From positions 63,736,001 through 63,800,000 of the forward strand of contig OZ260663.1 of NCBI GenBank assembly GCA_965285935.1: DNA of 64,000 nt, written 5' to 3'. The notes beneath the pieces were generated by a model. That model had not been told where the DNA came from and made no database searches. It was given only the letters and a program-made list of their open reading frames with translations. Of the stretch, positions 15,705 to 30,000 are shown piece after piece. Both the position numbers and the translations under genes were made by a program. The DNA is from Ophelia neglecta (lineage: Eukaryota). The first letter of the stretch is position 1. Each line of letters starts with the position of its first letter.

Positions 15705-15752
15705 GAAAGAATAAAAAAATAAAAGAACATAGGAAGTATTTATTTTTATTTG
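15705..15752. terminator. Opposed polyadenylation signals between convergent CETN3 and RFESD
   Basis: AATAAA on + at ~15710 and ~15718; TTTATT (minus-strand AATAAA) at ~15739 and ~15745. Confidence 0.5.
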
Positions 15753-15857
15753 CCAACAATACAAAGACATTGTGTTTGACATACAACAAGCACTAATACA
15801 TCATAAACAAAAATTTGGTCAAGTACTCATTAACTGCAGTCAGATATATATCAGCCA

Positions 15858-18752
15858 TTAGAGATACGGGTGCAGAGAAAGTTCACATTTATATTTCACA
15901 TACACCTTGCAATCTTCTATTTTAGTCTCAAAGGTCTGTTGCTGAAAAATGAAGAAGATTATTTTATTGCAAAACATGAAATGTCTGTGGCATTAAAGCA
16001 TCTAATTTTCATGGCATGATTTAAGTGACATGTTTGATTGGGTCCTATGACAAAACATCAAGACTTACAACAGCCAATTGGATCACAGTGGTGCAATGAC
16101 TGTGCATCTAGCTTTTATGCTTCCATTATTTCTGTGTATGTATTTGCAAAAATGTCCTGTTTGACAGTGTTAGTTCATGATGTTCAAGAAGAAAGTAACA
16201 AACAGGTGTTAATGACATGTCTAAAGTGTCTCCCACCATTTGCTTTGATTTTCAGGGAGCCTGGGAACACCTCCATTTCTAAGGTGTCAATTTGTGATAA
16301 GTACCCTGCATCATGGATGTTTATATTATATCAAATTCTATTTAATATATCGTACATCCATGCTTATTGTTAAATGTTTAAGATTTACCCTCCAAACAGC
16401 TATTAGTTATGACTGACATAGGAGCCTGCTTGTACTACGCTGAGTAGCAATGTTACCAGTAAACACGCTGTGGCAGTAAAGGGCTTAAATTACTCTAGGG
16501 AGGGTACAGAAAATATGCTGCAATTCCAATGGTGTTGTCGGATTTGACCTACATTTTCAAGGTCATATTGACTTAATATGACAAAAACACCAAATAGACA
16601 ACCCCTTGCTGATCATTAATCATTTGTTATGATTGATGTCTGTGGCCTTCAGACTACTTTGGGAATACTTTTTAAGCACTTTACTACTGCTGATGTAATA
16701 TAAAGTTATTGACGCAGCTCATTAGGGTGATACAGCAAAACATATTACAGGTATGCTGCTATTCCCAGAGTGTTGTCAGATTTTGCCTTGAACTACGGCT
16801 GTAAATATGTCCTACCTTGACACACAACAACCATCTGTAGTATTGGTTTATGTTGCAGACTGGGAATTTTTTTGGCCCCCACTTCTTCCTAAGGAAAACT
16901 TTGGGGATACGGAAAGCCTAGTAATATAATTCTTGGTTTCTCCTTGGGTCAGGGGTAACAATAGCTGTCATCGGATGACAGACTTTACGGTCTAGGTGAA
17001 CTGTATATTTTGGCGTCCAGGAACTCTGGTAGTTCCGTCTTTGCCAGATAATTTGTTTCTCCATAACTAAGCAATGCCTTGGTGCACAGAATCCAGCTTG
17101 GCATCACTTAAGTGCTTGGGACTGTGAAAATAATTGGGGTTGCTCTTTACTGACCCAATACAACGCTGTTACTCAAGTTACAAAATTCTATGGGCCGTGA
17201 TACAGGAAAAGATATTATATAATAATGGCTTGACAATTGACAGGGATGATGTGGTTTAAAATAATTACTTGCTTATCAAATAATTATCTTTTGGATGAGA
17301 TCTGAAAATATTGGACTGCCATATAATGGAAAACAAAAAGGGTAATTTGCATAAAATTATGAACATTTATTTGCTTTTCACCCCATTTCGGACAATTCCA
17401 AATGTTTGAGAACATTTTTTTGTGAGGGGTGGGAGAGATATATGTATGGACTGTTTATGTTAAGACTCAAGAGTCAGAACATTAACTTCTATGGGGAGCC
17501 ATCCAATGCTTGCTAACACAGCAGCATTACATGTTCTGGGTGAGAGGTTTTGATGATGCAGGATAGAGCATCACTGTGCTTTTGTGCATGTGAACATATT
17601 GTTAGTTAATAGACCTACAGTCTCTCCAATGCTAAATGGCTTGATGTGCTAATCACCAAGGTGATGAAATAGGAGACTTGGTAACTGATGATAATTAATG
17701 TATGAATTAGTCTTATCTACACAGGAAATGAAGCTATTGCTATTGTGTAAATTAAATTAAACATATCCAGGAAACATATCCAGGAAAAAAAATATGTGTT
17801 AGTAGCTTACAATTAAACCAAGATCATTTTTTCCACTTTCCAAATCAAACATGTATCCATGCCATGGACACATAACATGAGCTGTTCCTTGGTAGTCTTC
17901 AATATCTCCCTGGTATAAAGGCCCTCCTAAAATAAGAATATTTTATTGAACAATATACATATATATGTATATATATTTATACTTACATACATACATACAT
18001 ACTGAGTTTGGTTATCAATTAGTTTATCCTACCAAGCAAAGCAGGCCTAATTAACACTTGTTCCTACCAGTAAGTAGCGAAAAGGGCAAGGTACAAAATT
18101 ATAGTTCTGGTCTGATCCTAAAAAAACAGTCCTATGTGGGATGTAAGATTATGAATGCCCTCAATTCTGTGCTCATGAGCATTCAAATCAAGTATATTAT
18201 GACATTGGTGACTGTAGCTAGAGTGACAAGAAACCAGTTCAGTTTCAGTTTTCCTACTCTTACATCGAAAATGTATCGAGAGTGCAAGTTTCCTAACAAT
18301 TTACAATTCCGTCAGTTCTCTTCCACTTTTCTTCATTTTAAATCAGTCTGATGTTTTAAAAAGATGCCAAAATGGAGGTTCACCAGCAACTGAGCTTACA
18401 GCATGAGCCGTGCTGGTGTCCCAGTAACTGTAAATCCTGATATAAATGTGATCATTAAAGTAATTGAACGTGTCGTGGAATAATCTGTGTTGAGGACAAA
18501 CCGACCCCTGTACCTCTCACTTTCATATCCAACAAACATGGAGGATTTTTTTTTTTTAAATTTTGAATGAAAGTTAAACTTACCCAAGTGTCCACACCAT
18601 GCTTCCATGGCATAAAACTTGTCTTTAGAAAACAGCAGTACCAAGTCATCTTTCTTCTTAGTTTTGGCAAATAGGTGCTGACATTTATGTTTCATCAGCT
18701 CAAATTCCACTCCTATATATTGCCATGATAAATCATCAACAACGGCACACAT
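15858..18752 (-). CDS. RFESD: Small Rieske [2Fe-2S] domain protein (RFESD-like), ~122 aa, 3 coding exons
   Basis: Exons 18752-18584, 17926-17811, 15941-15858 (phases 1,0): ...FYAMEAWCGHL-GGPLYQGDIEDYQGTAHVMCPWHGYMFDLESG...QQTFETKIEDCKVYVKY. Both Rieske boxes (CxH, CPWH) are present. Exons 2-3 are absent from the ORF track. Confidence 0.88.
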
Positions 18753-21700
18753 GGTTAAATCCTGAGAAGCACAATACAATATCTAAAGCTTTAAAAGGAG
18801 ATGTCTGCAGGCTATAATAGTGCCTCTGTCTGATGTCTGCTCTCTAATGTTTCCCGGCCGCTCACATTAGCAGCAGGCACAGCTAGCCGTTAGCTGCTTA
18901 GAGCATGCTCTGCAGTGTGTTGACCTGTAGATTCTGTCAGGGAGCACTGAGCCATCGAGGCTACCTGTCATTAATTAGACATGTGCTGACTGATGCCCAA
19001 GGAATGAATATATTGACACTGGTAAAGGGACTATAGTACTGTGTATGTTGTTAGATTTTTCTTATAATGATTCTAGTACTAATAGCCAATTTGTAATTCT
19101 CTGTAAATGTCTCATGTCACCACAATGGTGTTGTTACATTGTACCTGGTAGCAGATGTCAATTATAGGCAATATGTTTGTGATAAAATGATATAAACAGG
19201 ACTCCTATTGGAACCGGAGATTTCAACCTTCCAGGAATCCTGTAGGTCAGAAGTAGAAAAAAGGTATTTTCTGGACACTGCCATGGTGACTTACTTTTGC
19301 AAAGAATTTAAGACCTGTGGACAAGTCCCAAGTGACACTAATAAAATATTGTTAGTATTTTGTACTATATATTTGTAAACAAATTGAATAGCAAGAATTT
19401 ACTAGGATTAGAGCTCTGTAGGTTGAATTTAACCTATATATAAAGTTGTCTACAATACTATGTAAAACATTGCACAATTTACATCTAAAAATGTAGATGA
19501 ATACCTATTTTTGTATTTCCAAGCTGGTTGGAATGGCTTTGGTAGGTAGAAATTTCAGTGGAATAAATTTTGCAGCACTTTTTATTCAGACGACCAACAC
19601 TCAGTTTTAGACAATTTTCTTTTTATTCACCTACCGACTGAGCCATATTTTTTTATTTGAAAGTTTTCATAAACCAAGGAATCAAAGAAAGAATACCTTA
19701 ATTGTATCAAAATTAGGAATATATGAAGTATATATAGATCTAATACTAAATAAATTATTAACTTTCTGTTGTGTGAAGGTAATTTTAAAAATCTCAGCAC
19801 CAGGCTTGGTTTTTTTTAGTTATTATTTTATCTTTTTTTGCATCTTAGAAGTTTTGATCAAAAGCATTGGAAACTAACTAATAGAAAAACATGGCTTTCA
19901 TTAATAAGGAATATCATTAATTATCCTGATGTCAGCTGACTTGTACACTATAGTAGCCCCCAGTTATCAGCATACAGGAACAACAGGCCGCTAATAGCTT
20001 CCAATAATCCCTAGCACATGTCAGGCTTGCAGAGCCACTGGGTAGACTGTGACAACTAAAGCAATTAATAGGGTTGCTTTCATGATGCTGCACAACAAGT
20101 TCAATCAATGCTTACCTGTCAGACAAAGCATCAAATGTCAAAGAAATGGAAGTGGAAATAAGGGTGTCTAGGACAAATTACCAGGGTTGCTGTTGATCCT
20201 TATAATCAAGTGTGTACACCATGTCACTTATTACCAATACAAATGTTTGTACCTTTTGATTTATTTTTCCACAAGCATTCATGTGACAAATTAATACACA
20301 TGGTTGTTTCCCATACCTTTCATTATCGAAGGAAGACATTTGCTTTGAGAAAAAAACCCAAGCAGAGTGAGTTAGCACAAGGGGAGTGGCAAATAAGGAT
20401 ATGAAAATATTTGGGGGGTGGGGAAGAAGACCAAGTAAATTTTTGGGGCAGAAGAAACCAGCCACTTCCTGGCAAACTAGCAGGGAAAAAAGCTTGGTAC
20501 AGTCTTATATTAAATTGCAAGTGAAATGATTTCGACAGCCAAGTGAGCTATAGAGTTTATTTCATTTATTTCCCACTAATTTGAGCCATATTTGTGGCTG
20601 AAATTTCCAACTAGTTGGTTATTTATAAGACTGAAGGGCATTAGAAATTAGGAAACTTTATTTGGTAGTGTTTTTTCTACTGCAAATTAAATCAACATGT
20701 ATAACAAATGTCAGAAAATGCGTGCAATGAAAGCTTCTACATAATTCTGCTTTCTGACTGGTGAATTTTAGGCCAATTAGCTGATTGTTATTGCAAAATC
20801 AACAAGGCTTCTCATAATGCAGTTTTATTTGTTTCTGAAAGACAATACTGTAAAATGGTGTTTTAATTCATTATATTCTAAGCATGTAGTTACTCTTTCT
20901 GTTATACATGTGAACATATTACTCTCTCCAATACAATACCTCGTCCATCTCTTATACAAAATGCCAGACAAAGAAAACTAATGGTTGATATTTCAATATG
21001 TTTTATTCCCACACATTCTCAAAGCAAACATATCCATTTAAAATTCTTTAGTTTGACAGCAGAGATGTCTAACCAAAAAAATTCTTCTCCAGAAATAATT
21101 CTGATACCGTTTTTCATGTTTTGAACTATGATGTAATTCCACATATTATCTGTTGCAAAATTACCCCCTTAACAGATTTGCAGACAGGGCAGACATTACA
21201 GATTAATCAAAACATGAATGACTAAACAACCTGATTGAGCTTTTGAAAACAGAATTGCACCTGAACAAACCTTCAGGATGAGCAAAAATAAACGGTATTC
21301 CCTCATAAAGGCACTTTACAAAAACAACAATGACACTCAATAATGTTTTGACTTCAAGCTTTTATACTGCAAAATAAAAAGTGTGCATCTTTAATACAAA
21401 TGTACAGTTAGTCTTTCATTTTAATTATCTGCACTCTTGTGCAACATAATTTGTCAATTTGTTATGGCATTGCACAGCAGGACATCCTGTACTCAGCATG
21501 TTTTCCAGGTAGTACTGCAAGTAAATAAATCATGTTTGGTCTGCCTAAATTTAATTTACATAAGTTGTGCTGTCATTATTTACAGTGCTTTTATAATATA
21601 TCATAGTGGGTAGGAATAAAAATACTAGTAATGTCTTCAGATAAGTGTTAATAAATAATTTTAATAAAAACATAATACAATTAATTTATCATTGCCTTAC

Positions 21701-22041
21701 TGATTTTCTTATGCCCAACATATCAATTCAAAAAATGTTCCATGCTCACTATGATTTGCCTCTGTGTGGTGTTTTATTAAATTCCATATCTCTGTGCAAT
21801 GTCCTATATTCCTCATACATTAAATTTCAAACCTTCAAGGTATATACTATGTGCATAAAATGTTATTCTTTTTTACTTTTTTGTTAGCTATTGACAAAGT
21901 AATTATCAAAAGCTATTAAGATTTCTATTAAGGGCAAAGTGTATGCTTTCTTCCTAAATGCAATCATTGTTAATTCAAAAGAAATAAAAACAATTGTTTT
22001 ATAAGATCTATATGTACAATACCTAAGATGAATTCTACCAA

Positions 22042-25000
22042 TCATCTCATGTCTCTCAATATTAGAGACACAGCACTAGGAAAATCACTACAAATAAGAG
22101 GCCTGTTGACACCATCAGACAAAATCTTATCTTCATCCCCTTTGCGATACTTTCCTGGCAAATAAAATGGACACTATTGAGACTATGCCAAAGTTAGATT
22201 TTCTTTGTGAACTGGCAATAAAGAGTTTATAAATACAGTTGGCTGAGCAATGAAACAATGTGAACTTGAGGACACTTGTTTTAAGGGCCTGAAAGACCCC
22301 AAAGGCCCCCTGGCAAACCAGTCATAGCATTGGTTATCAAAAATGAACAGGGTAAACAAGCAAAATGGTGGAAACTTGGGTTTCCTGGGAAACACCAGCA
22401 GGTGAAAGGGAGGCATATCGTAAATCTTAAAATGTGGAAAATGAATTTTCCCCATTATTTAATATGGAGTTATATCCTGTAACTGTTAAAATGTTCATGA
22501 GGGATTAAATTTGAAAATGTTCACGAAAAAAAACTGCTTAGTCGCAAATATCTTCTTTGCCTGTACATGTATATACTTTATAAGGCCTACATATATCATT
22601 TTTGGTAAAAGCGCGATTATAACTTGTGCAAACATTTTTACTGTTACTGTTACCTATCTATCACTGTTCAGTGTCCTCTGTGCTCTTAATTTAATAATTA
22701 TATACAAAGGTTTGTGTTGAAAATACCCAAATTGTACAGACAAGTTCAGAAGTTTTTGCCTTAACTTTGAAGAAACAAGACAAAAGCCCCTGTGTAATCT
22801 CGCACTTAAGTCATGGGATTAGTTAAAGCGTTAAAACGTTTAAAGCGTTAGCAGTTTTGTAACATCACTAAACTACTGTTTCACTAGAGTAACTGAGGGA
22901 TGTTCAGACACACCGGGGAAGGTTAAGCGGCACAATTGCACGGCAAAATATACAAGTCACTTCTCCTGTACCACTTGACTGTTTCCAGTCAGACCATACT
23001 GCAGAGTGCTACAATGCCTATTGATTTGTAAGTGATATGGGTATGATTAAAGTTACTGGTAGTAGGGATATCACCTAGCCTTTACAATGAATGGATACCC
23101 CATTCACTTACTAGTATTCATAAAGTGACCATTTTTGAGACTGCTGAACATACTGTTAAAATAAGGCAAAATTTGGTCTTGTAACGCCATCCCATTCCAA
23201 GTTTATGCCTTTCTGCCTGTTTACCATAAACCAAACCAAAGGAGGTATCATTCATCATTTATCACAACAGCAACTTTCCAGATATTAAGGACTGTTTAAT
23301 TTTAAATTTCATTTGCATGAAAACGACACCAGGTCATTTAATTTGTGTAAGTGACGATTTTTTGTCAAAATATGAAGTGACACAAATAGGGAGTAGTACG
23401 TATGTATTTTTACACTACAAGTATTTACGCCCAGTGTATTAACACCAACCATAACCTGCCAATATTTTATCGATCAGCCTGTATCAGTGAATCCACCGTA
23501 TGTATGTCAGTATGTATAAGTCATGTATCTGCTGTTCGTCACTGTACGAAGCTGTGCAAAGGTTCGGATCACTTAGATTTGTTTGGATTGTTTGTTCTAC
23601 ATCTCCTGTTTTTAATTATGTGATATATTCCATTCTTATATAAGGGGTGAGAATGGAAATTTCGTAAAAATCTGAAAATGCAGGCGAGCAGGCATGGGTA
23701 CGCCAGGGGGGTGCCAGTGGCGTTTCAAAGGGGGAAAAAAACCTCAGGAATCAGCAAATCCGCGGAAATTTCTCATGCCTGTATTATAAATATATATAAT
23801 ATAGACTATGGCTCATGTCTGGGGATGTGAAATAGTGGGAAGAACTACAGTTCAGAATAATTACCTGTTTTGACCAGAATTCCCTTCATACCTGCATTGA
23901 TGGCACCTCCAACATCATCACAAGCATCCTAAATGAATTGATGATCCATTTACTACTACGTTCCATAATGTATATTTTGTTGAGGACTAGGGATCAATAC
24001 AGGGATATGGCAATCTGAAGTCAAAGCTAATAATCCTCGTAGTGACTTGTAGAGAATCAAATGCTTAAACACAATGAATTTTTTTAGAATCAAGAGAGAT
24101 ATCTGAAGTACTGACATCACCGATCATAATTGTTTTGGCCGGATCAACAGCTAAACTTTTTATTGCTTCATGGAAAAACCTTTTCTCTGGCTTTCCAACA
24201 ACCTCTGCTTTGGTGTCACAGGCAAATTCCAACCCTGTGACAAACGGACCTGCAAAGAAAACTAATTATAATATAAACTGGATATTTTGTTGTGGACAAT
24301 AAATAGCATCTTTGTCAACCCCAAACTATACACAATGATTTGATAGAAAACATGCCATCTACCTTTTTAAATGAAAGTTCCGATACACATGTTTGACAGA
24401 AGGTTCATACCTTCGAAAAAAGTGTGGGTTGGGAAGGGGAAGGGGGGGGAGGGTTACTGGAGAATAGTGCCATACTTCAGTACCAGTGTATTAATGCCTA
24501 ACACATACCTGGTCCTAAATAAAGTCCATCCTTCTGCTTGTAGTATCTAGCTTTGTGAATTGCAATGAGGCAAGCGCCATCAAGAAGTAAATGGAAAGCT
24601 TTATTCATGGGTTCATAGTTGAAATGACTTGGTGCTAAACCTACAACAACTGCATTGGGATTTTCCGTATCAATTCCTGTAATGAAAGATGATGTGATCA
24701 GAACTATTAAGAGCTTGTTGCCACTTTCTCAATATTGATGAAACCCATTCACTGTTTATACCATGAATATATACATGTGCATGTGTATATAGCATTAAAC
24801 AATCAATTTGCAAGTCAATTGGTGATCATAGTGTGTCTTTTTCGTCATGAATTACACTGATGTATACCTTCAGGGTGATACATGACTGGGTACTGAATGA
24901 CTGTTCTGAATATGACTTTAAAAAGACAATGTTATTTAGCAGCTTATGGAACACTTGATGGCCACTTAAAGCATATTGTCATCACATTACTACTTGGACT

Positions 25001-27544
25001 TTTGTTTTACATTCACAAGGCATTACATTTATACTACTTCACCATTTTTACCCATTGAGAATTTTTCCAGTCATTACAGGTTGCAAAAGAGTACAGTACT
25101 ATTGTTATTAACTTTGTGCTAAAAATCAACCAAACAGATCTAGGAAAACATGTGTTCTTACATCATAGACAAAACAACCCACAACTATTCAATCGTAGAG
25201 AACTATAAATCTAATCCAAAATATACATGGCTTCTCAACCAATCAATGCTAAATATCAGTATGTATAAGACTTATGGCATGGCCCTGTAGCAAATGTTCC
25301 GAAGTCATAAGAGACCATCATCAGAACCACACACCTCTCTCATACATTGACACTGAGTTGTTTAAGTAAGTTATGTAGAATAATCTTACAGCAAATCATT
25401 AAACGTAGCTGGATGATTTCAACATTATATGTAAATTGATTTATTATAAGATCTGAAAAGCGGTGACCCATGTCACTGTGATAAACAGGTGCTTTATTCC
25501 ATTTCTGGGTATTTCAATGTATTTTACAATGGTACAATGGTAAGCAGATGACGGGTAAAAACATTAATCGAGTCAATGTTTATGGCGTGACCCACTGGTG
25601 ACCAGGGCTACTGCGTTTTAGATCATAAGGAAGCACTTTATAACTAGGAAAGACTTTTACCTTGAAAATCTTCCTTTGCACTCTCTTCTAACATGAGGTA
25701 GGGTCTTACATTTTTTGCTTCTATTACATTTCTTGCAGCAGTCAAAGAAGTAAATATCTCTCCTTTCTCAATTACAAAACCCAGTTTTTTAAGCCTCTCA
25801 TGAAGCATTCTCAATGGTTCCTTTGTGGTGTTTGTAACAAACTTGATTTTAATTCCAGAATCTCTTAACCTATAAGTAAAAATTGTCAGGAATTATTTCT
25901 ACAATAACAAGTAAAATGGGCAACCAATAGAACTGAAATGTAAGGAAAACAAACAAAAAAAAACTTTCCTTTTTTTTGCTTATTATTTATTTCCTCAATT
26001 TGACCTGCAAAACAAGGCTTTTCCAGTCCTAGACTCTTAATCAGTTATTACTCATAAGATATATCAGACCAATCACGGGGCTGATGATTTTCTCACCCTC
26101 TGCTATAAACAAACAGCACCCCTTACTTTACCAGTACTCTTCCTGAATTCCTCAACAATTCCCATTGGTCCCAATTTTTGGGGATATCGCCTTACACAGG
26201 TAAACCCGGGTTAGATTCTTCAGTTTTACCTGCCCGGGAGTACCTGGCCAACCCTTGCACTGCTGACAGAGCAAATGAGGGGAGTGTCAGCCGGGAACCT
26301 ACAACAATGACTGTGGATGGGTGGGGAGGAGGCGGGAAGGTGAATGGACAGGGGAAAGATGGGATCGGTTGGGGGGTAAAGGGGCAGTATGTTGTTGCCT
26401 GTCAAACACAGGCTGGTAGGAGGCCAAAGTTGCAGAAAGTGAGGGCAGCGAACAGGTCTTTCTAGTTCATCCAAACTTAAAATTCCCATTTCAATTAAGG
26501 CCTATATATATGGAACTAGAAAGTGCTTAAGACTTTTCAAACTCCTATCTTCACGCAATAACCTTTATTCATTTTTCTTCCATAGGGGCAATAATCTTGA
26601 TTCCTTTTTCTTACTTGTATCATACATGTATTTATCTTTCACTCTGAAATTTTCTTGTAAATTATATTACTATCTTGTACTATATATGTTTTACAGAGGG
26701 ACAAAACAATGCATTTAGGAATGCAAGCCTCCCACCAATTAAAGGGATAGTTAAATGTCTGCCGCCAAATCACTTTTGGAAAAGTCAAAGCAAGCATAGG
26801 ATCCCCCCCCCCCCCCAAAGACCTCCCATAATATTTTATTCACTCTAAACACTGGAAATCGCATAAAAAAATCAATGTTGAATTTTGTCCAGAAAGTCCC
26901 AGACCCCCCTCCCCCAAAATACTTCATTTGCTCAACACTAGAAATGGTGGGAGGCAAAAACCTGTCTAAACAGAACACCTCCAAAATTAGACTAATATTT
27001 CCAATCTCTAGGGGTGTCTCAATTCACAGGTTTTACCATATATATTTTCCTGGCACATTCGTTTGCCAATCACATTTTTTATTTTGCATTGTTATGGCAA
27101 CTAAATATATTAGGATGTCTACCTAAAGTTAATCAGTTCATAGTAGGCCTCAAATGCTTCCTCCTTGTCAATTTCAGCCCCGTAGCCCCAATAATTTTTG
27201 AGCAATATTGTTAACATATTTTTGTCGCCATATTGCTGTAGAGGAAGTAGTATAGGCACAAGGGTCATGCCATCTATCACAAGGAAATTTCCCAGGCTTT
27301 CGTACCATACCTGTAATATAATTACTGTGGGCCTAACGGTTGCCGATCCATAGCCAAAACAGATATGTAGTGTTCCCATTCATCCCATGTAAGATGTTTT
27401 TCTTAATGAAATAGGCTGTAAAACCATTGCTTCATAAATGCCCAAGCTTTACCTTGCCAGAGCATTTTGTGATCCTTCTATTGCAGTGTCTTCAATATGG
27501 ATGGTGCCGCTCAAATCAATCAGCGCAGATTCTACTTTGCCCAT
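22042..27544 (-). CDS. HDHD2: Haloacid dehalogenase-like hydrolase domain-containing protein 2, ~259 aa, 6 coding exons
   Basis: Exons 27544-27453, 25869-25661, 24676-24509, 24249-24116, 23928-23865, 22154-22042 join in frame. Motifs [61 protein letters not shown]. Confidence 0.96.
26730..27260. repeat. Interspersed repeat, copy 2 (related to 3860-4295), in an HDHD2 intron
   Basis: Same ordered blocks as the ASB-intron copy, same orientation. Confidence 0.8.
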
Positions 27545-28719
27545 CCTTCTTTTGTCACTTGAGAAAAAACATTTTTCTTGACTAAGAATTGTCTCTTTAT
27601 AACTTGCTCCTATAAGAAAACAAATGTTTTTTAAAATAATTGTCATAGTTCTTATGCATGATAGGGTATGAATTGCACCTGTAATCCTATCAAGGATTCC
27701 ATAGACCAAATTGACACACTTTTTACCCCTTTTCTTGTACATGCAGAACATAAATTCAACTCTGACAGACTGCAATTGAATAATGTAGAGAGTTTCAAAC
27801 TGCAATTGAATAATGTAGAGTTTCAGATTCCTCAGCAATAAAGAAATAATTTTCATAACCTTTTTTTTTTTAAATTGCATGAGTGCAGCATGGCTGGGCA
27901 GTCAAACAGATAGTGAGATATCCTTATTTGGGTGGTTGAAATTTGAACAGTTTGGTTGGAAAATAAATTAGTAACTATGCATATGACTGTTTAGAACACT
28001 TATTATTAGGCCCATGTGGAGTCTAGGATGTAATGTCATTGGAAAGTAGGTCTCAGGCAACATGCAGTTGGGCGGTTCTGATGCTAATTTTGTCAAAACA
28101 GCACCAAATATCTGAAAACTCACTACTGCTTGGTGTACACATACATACATACATACATACATATAGTCACTGTGAATTTACCTCTTAATTTGCTGTGAAT
28201 GTAGTATTTAGCTTGATAATGTTTTCTGCTTATAAATATTATAATGGACATATTGTTTGACTAAATAACTTTATCATACAAGATTATTTTGCGTGACATT
28301 TTCTGCCAGGACGTGCCCAAATATGCTCTTTCCTCAATATGTAGGCTACTCAGTAGTATAAGAGCATACATTGGCGGTATTCTACCGTGGAAATTTAAGC
28401 CGGTATTAGTTGTCAATGAAAAGTTACCATTGGAAAGACAACAAAAGAACTTCCACATCCAACTTGTTGCAGTGGTTTTAAAACCAAACCTATTTACATT
28501 ACTTAGGCTACAGAATATTGATATGCCTATCGGGGGGGGGGGGGGGGGTATAGACGGAGGGACTGTCAAAAGACCACTAGGCCACTCACTTGTTGACCCT
28601 CTTCTTTCGCGTACTGAACACAAATTCGAGTGTGAAAATTTACAATTGGAAAATCTAAAGAGTTTCAGATTCCTTAGCAATGAGGAATTCATACATATAG
28701 TTTTTTTTTAAACGCAATC

Positions 28720-30000
28720 ACCATATTTCGAACAGAAACGTAAACAGTTTAAGTCATCGGCTTTCGAACGGAAGTTGCAAAATAAAATGAAAGAAAATAA
28801 AAATAATTTCCCCCGATGAAAGCTGGTGTTAGATTTTATAGGAGTATTTTAATATAATGGCATTGTTCATAAAAAATAGCGATTGAGTCAAAAGGACTTC
28901 CGGAGAAGGTCCATCTGATATGAACTATTTGTATCTCTTAACAAAACATTATTCGAGTAGGGACATTCACACGTGTTAAAAAATTTCACAAGCTACACTT
29001 TATTTCCGGAAAGTTGTTTCTTGATTTAGGACTGTTTCATTTGTTACTTGGGGAGGGGGAGTGCGGCATATAATTTTATTGCTTTAAGAATACCCAAGTT
29101 GTTATGCACAAACATAATCTAAGACTTGACAGCGCATTTTTTGGCATTATTAGAAAATGGCCTTTGCAACTGTCAGAGCCTGGTGGCAAAGTTTGAGACA
29201 AAGCAATTGCAGTCAATTCAGCATGATAATATTTGCAATGGGTGCGCTGCCATAAATGCACAAATTGTCGACTTGATTGCGAAAGAATAACATTAACGTC
29301 AAAAAGGGCCAGTCGGATATGTTTCATACTGCTGACAACCAACCAATTTTCTCACCTCCAAAGCTGATTGCAATTAAAAGGCAGTGGTGAGGCTGGGATA
29401 TTAAAGTGGGGCTACTTTCAGCTGTTCATTTGGGAATTTAACATGGGAATGATGTTGCCCTTACTTAGTGCTTGTTGAAGTAATCAAAACAAAACTTTCA
29501 GGGATGATTAACATTTAAGAGGGCTTTCCATTCAGGTAAATTTCACATTTGTGTGATAGCTACAGGTTTCGCAATGAATATGGAACCGCTGCAAATCTGT
29601 ACAGTCTAGCCCCACATTCAAGTGCAGACTATTGGTATGCAGTGCTGTCACCTCCTTGCTAGCAGGCTGAACTAGAATTATTACATCATCCCCGACTGAC
29701 CCTATTGTTTTGCCCACCACACCTTCTGAAATTGTATGGAGATTCCCTGGAGCAACAATTTGCTACCCCCCCCCCCCCACCCTCCTTCGTAGTAAATGAC
29801 CACTCCCTGAATTAAATTCCCGAAAGAATTATACAAGGCATGACCTGATTGGCCGACTGGTATATCTGACCAATCATGACGCCTATACTACACGTGACGA
29901 TCTCTAATATGATACTGATGATGCTCTAAACAAGAGGCTCAACAAGAAATACAAAATTACAAGGTTTAGACACTAGAGAAGACTATTCCAGTGTTTCAAG
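28720..30000. promoter_or_regulatory. Putative divergent promoter region, HDHD2 (-) / exonuclease (+), with likely non-coding exon ending at 30000
   Basis: ETS-type CGGAAG/CTTCCGG at ~28769 and ~28897, CCAAT boxes at 29848-29852 (reverse) and 29870-29874, E-box CACGTG at 29891-29896, strong donor AAG|GTAAGA at 30000/30001. Confidence 0.5.

Noticed and set aside
16985-17121. Exon-like segment after TTTTCACAG inside the last RFESD intron
   Set aside because: The phase-0 reading stops after five codons (SQALK*), and the 15941-15858 exon completes the Rieske domain properly.
28261-28711. Overlapping 140-143-aa ORFs on both strands
   Set aside because: Non-ATG or promoter-region frames spanning a poly-G tract and a local repeat, with no recognisable motif.
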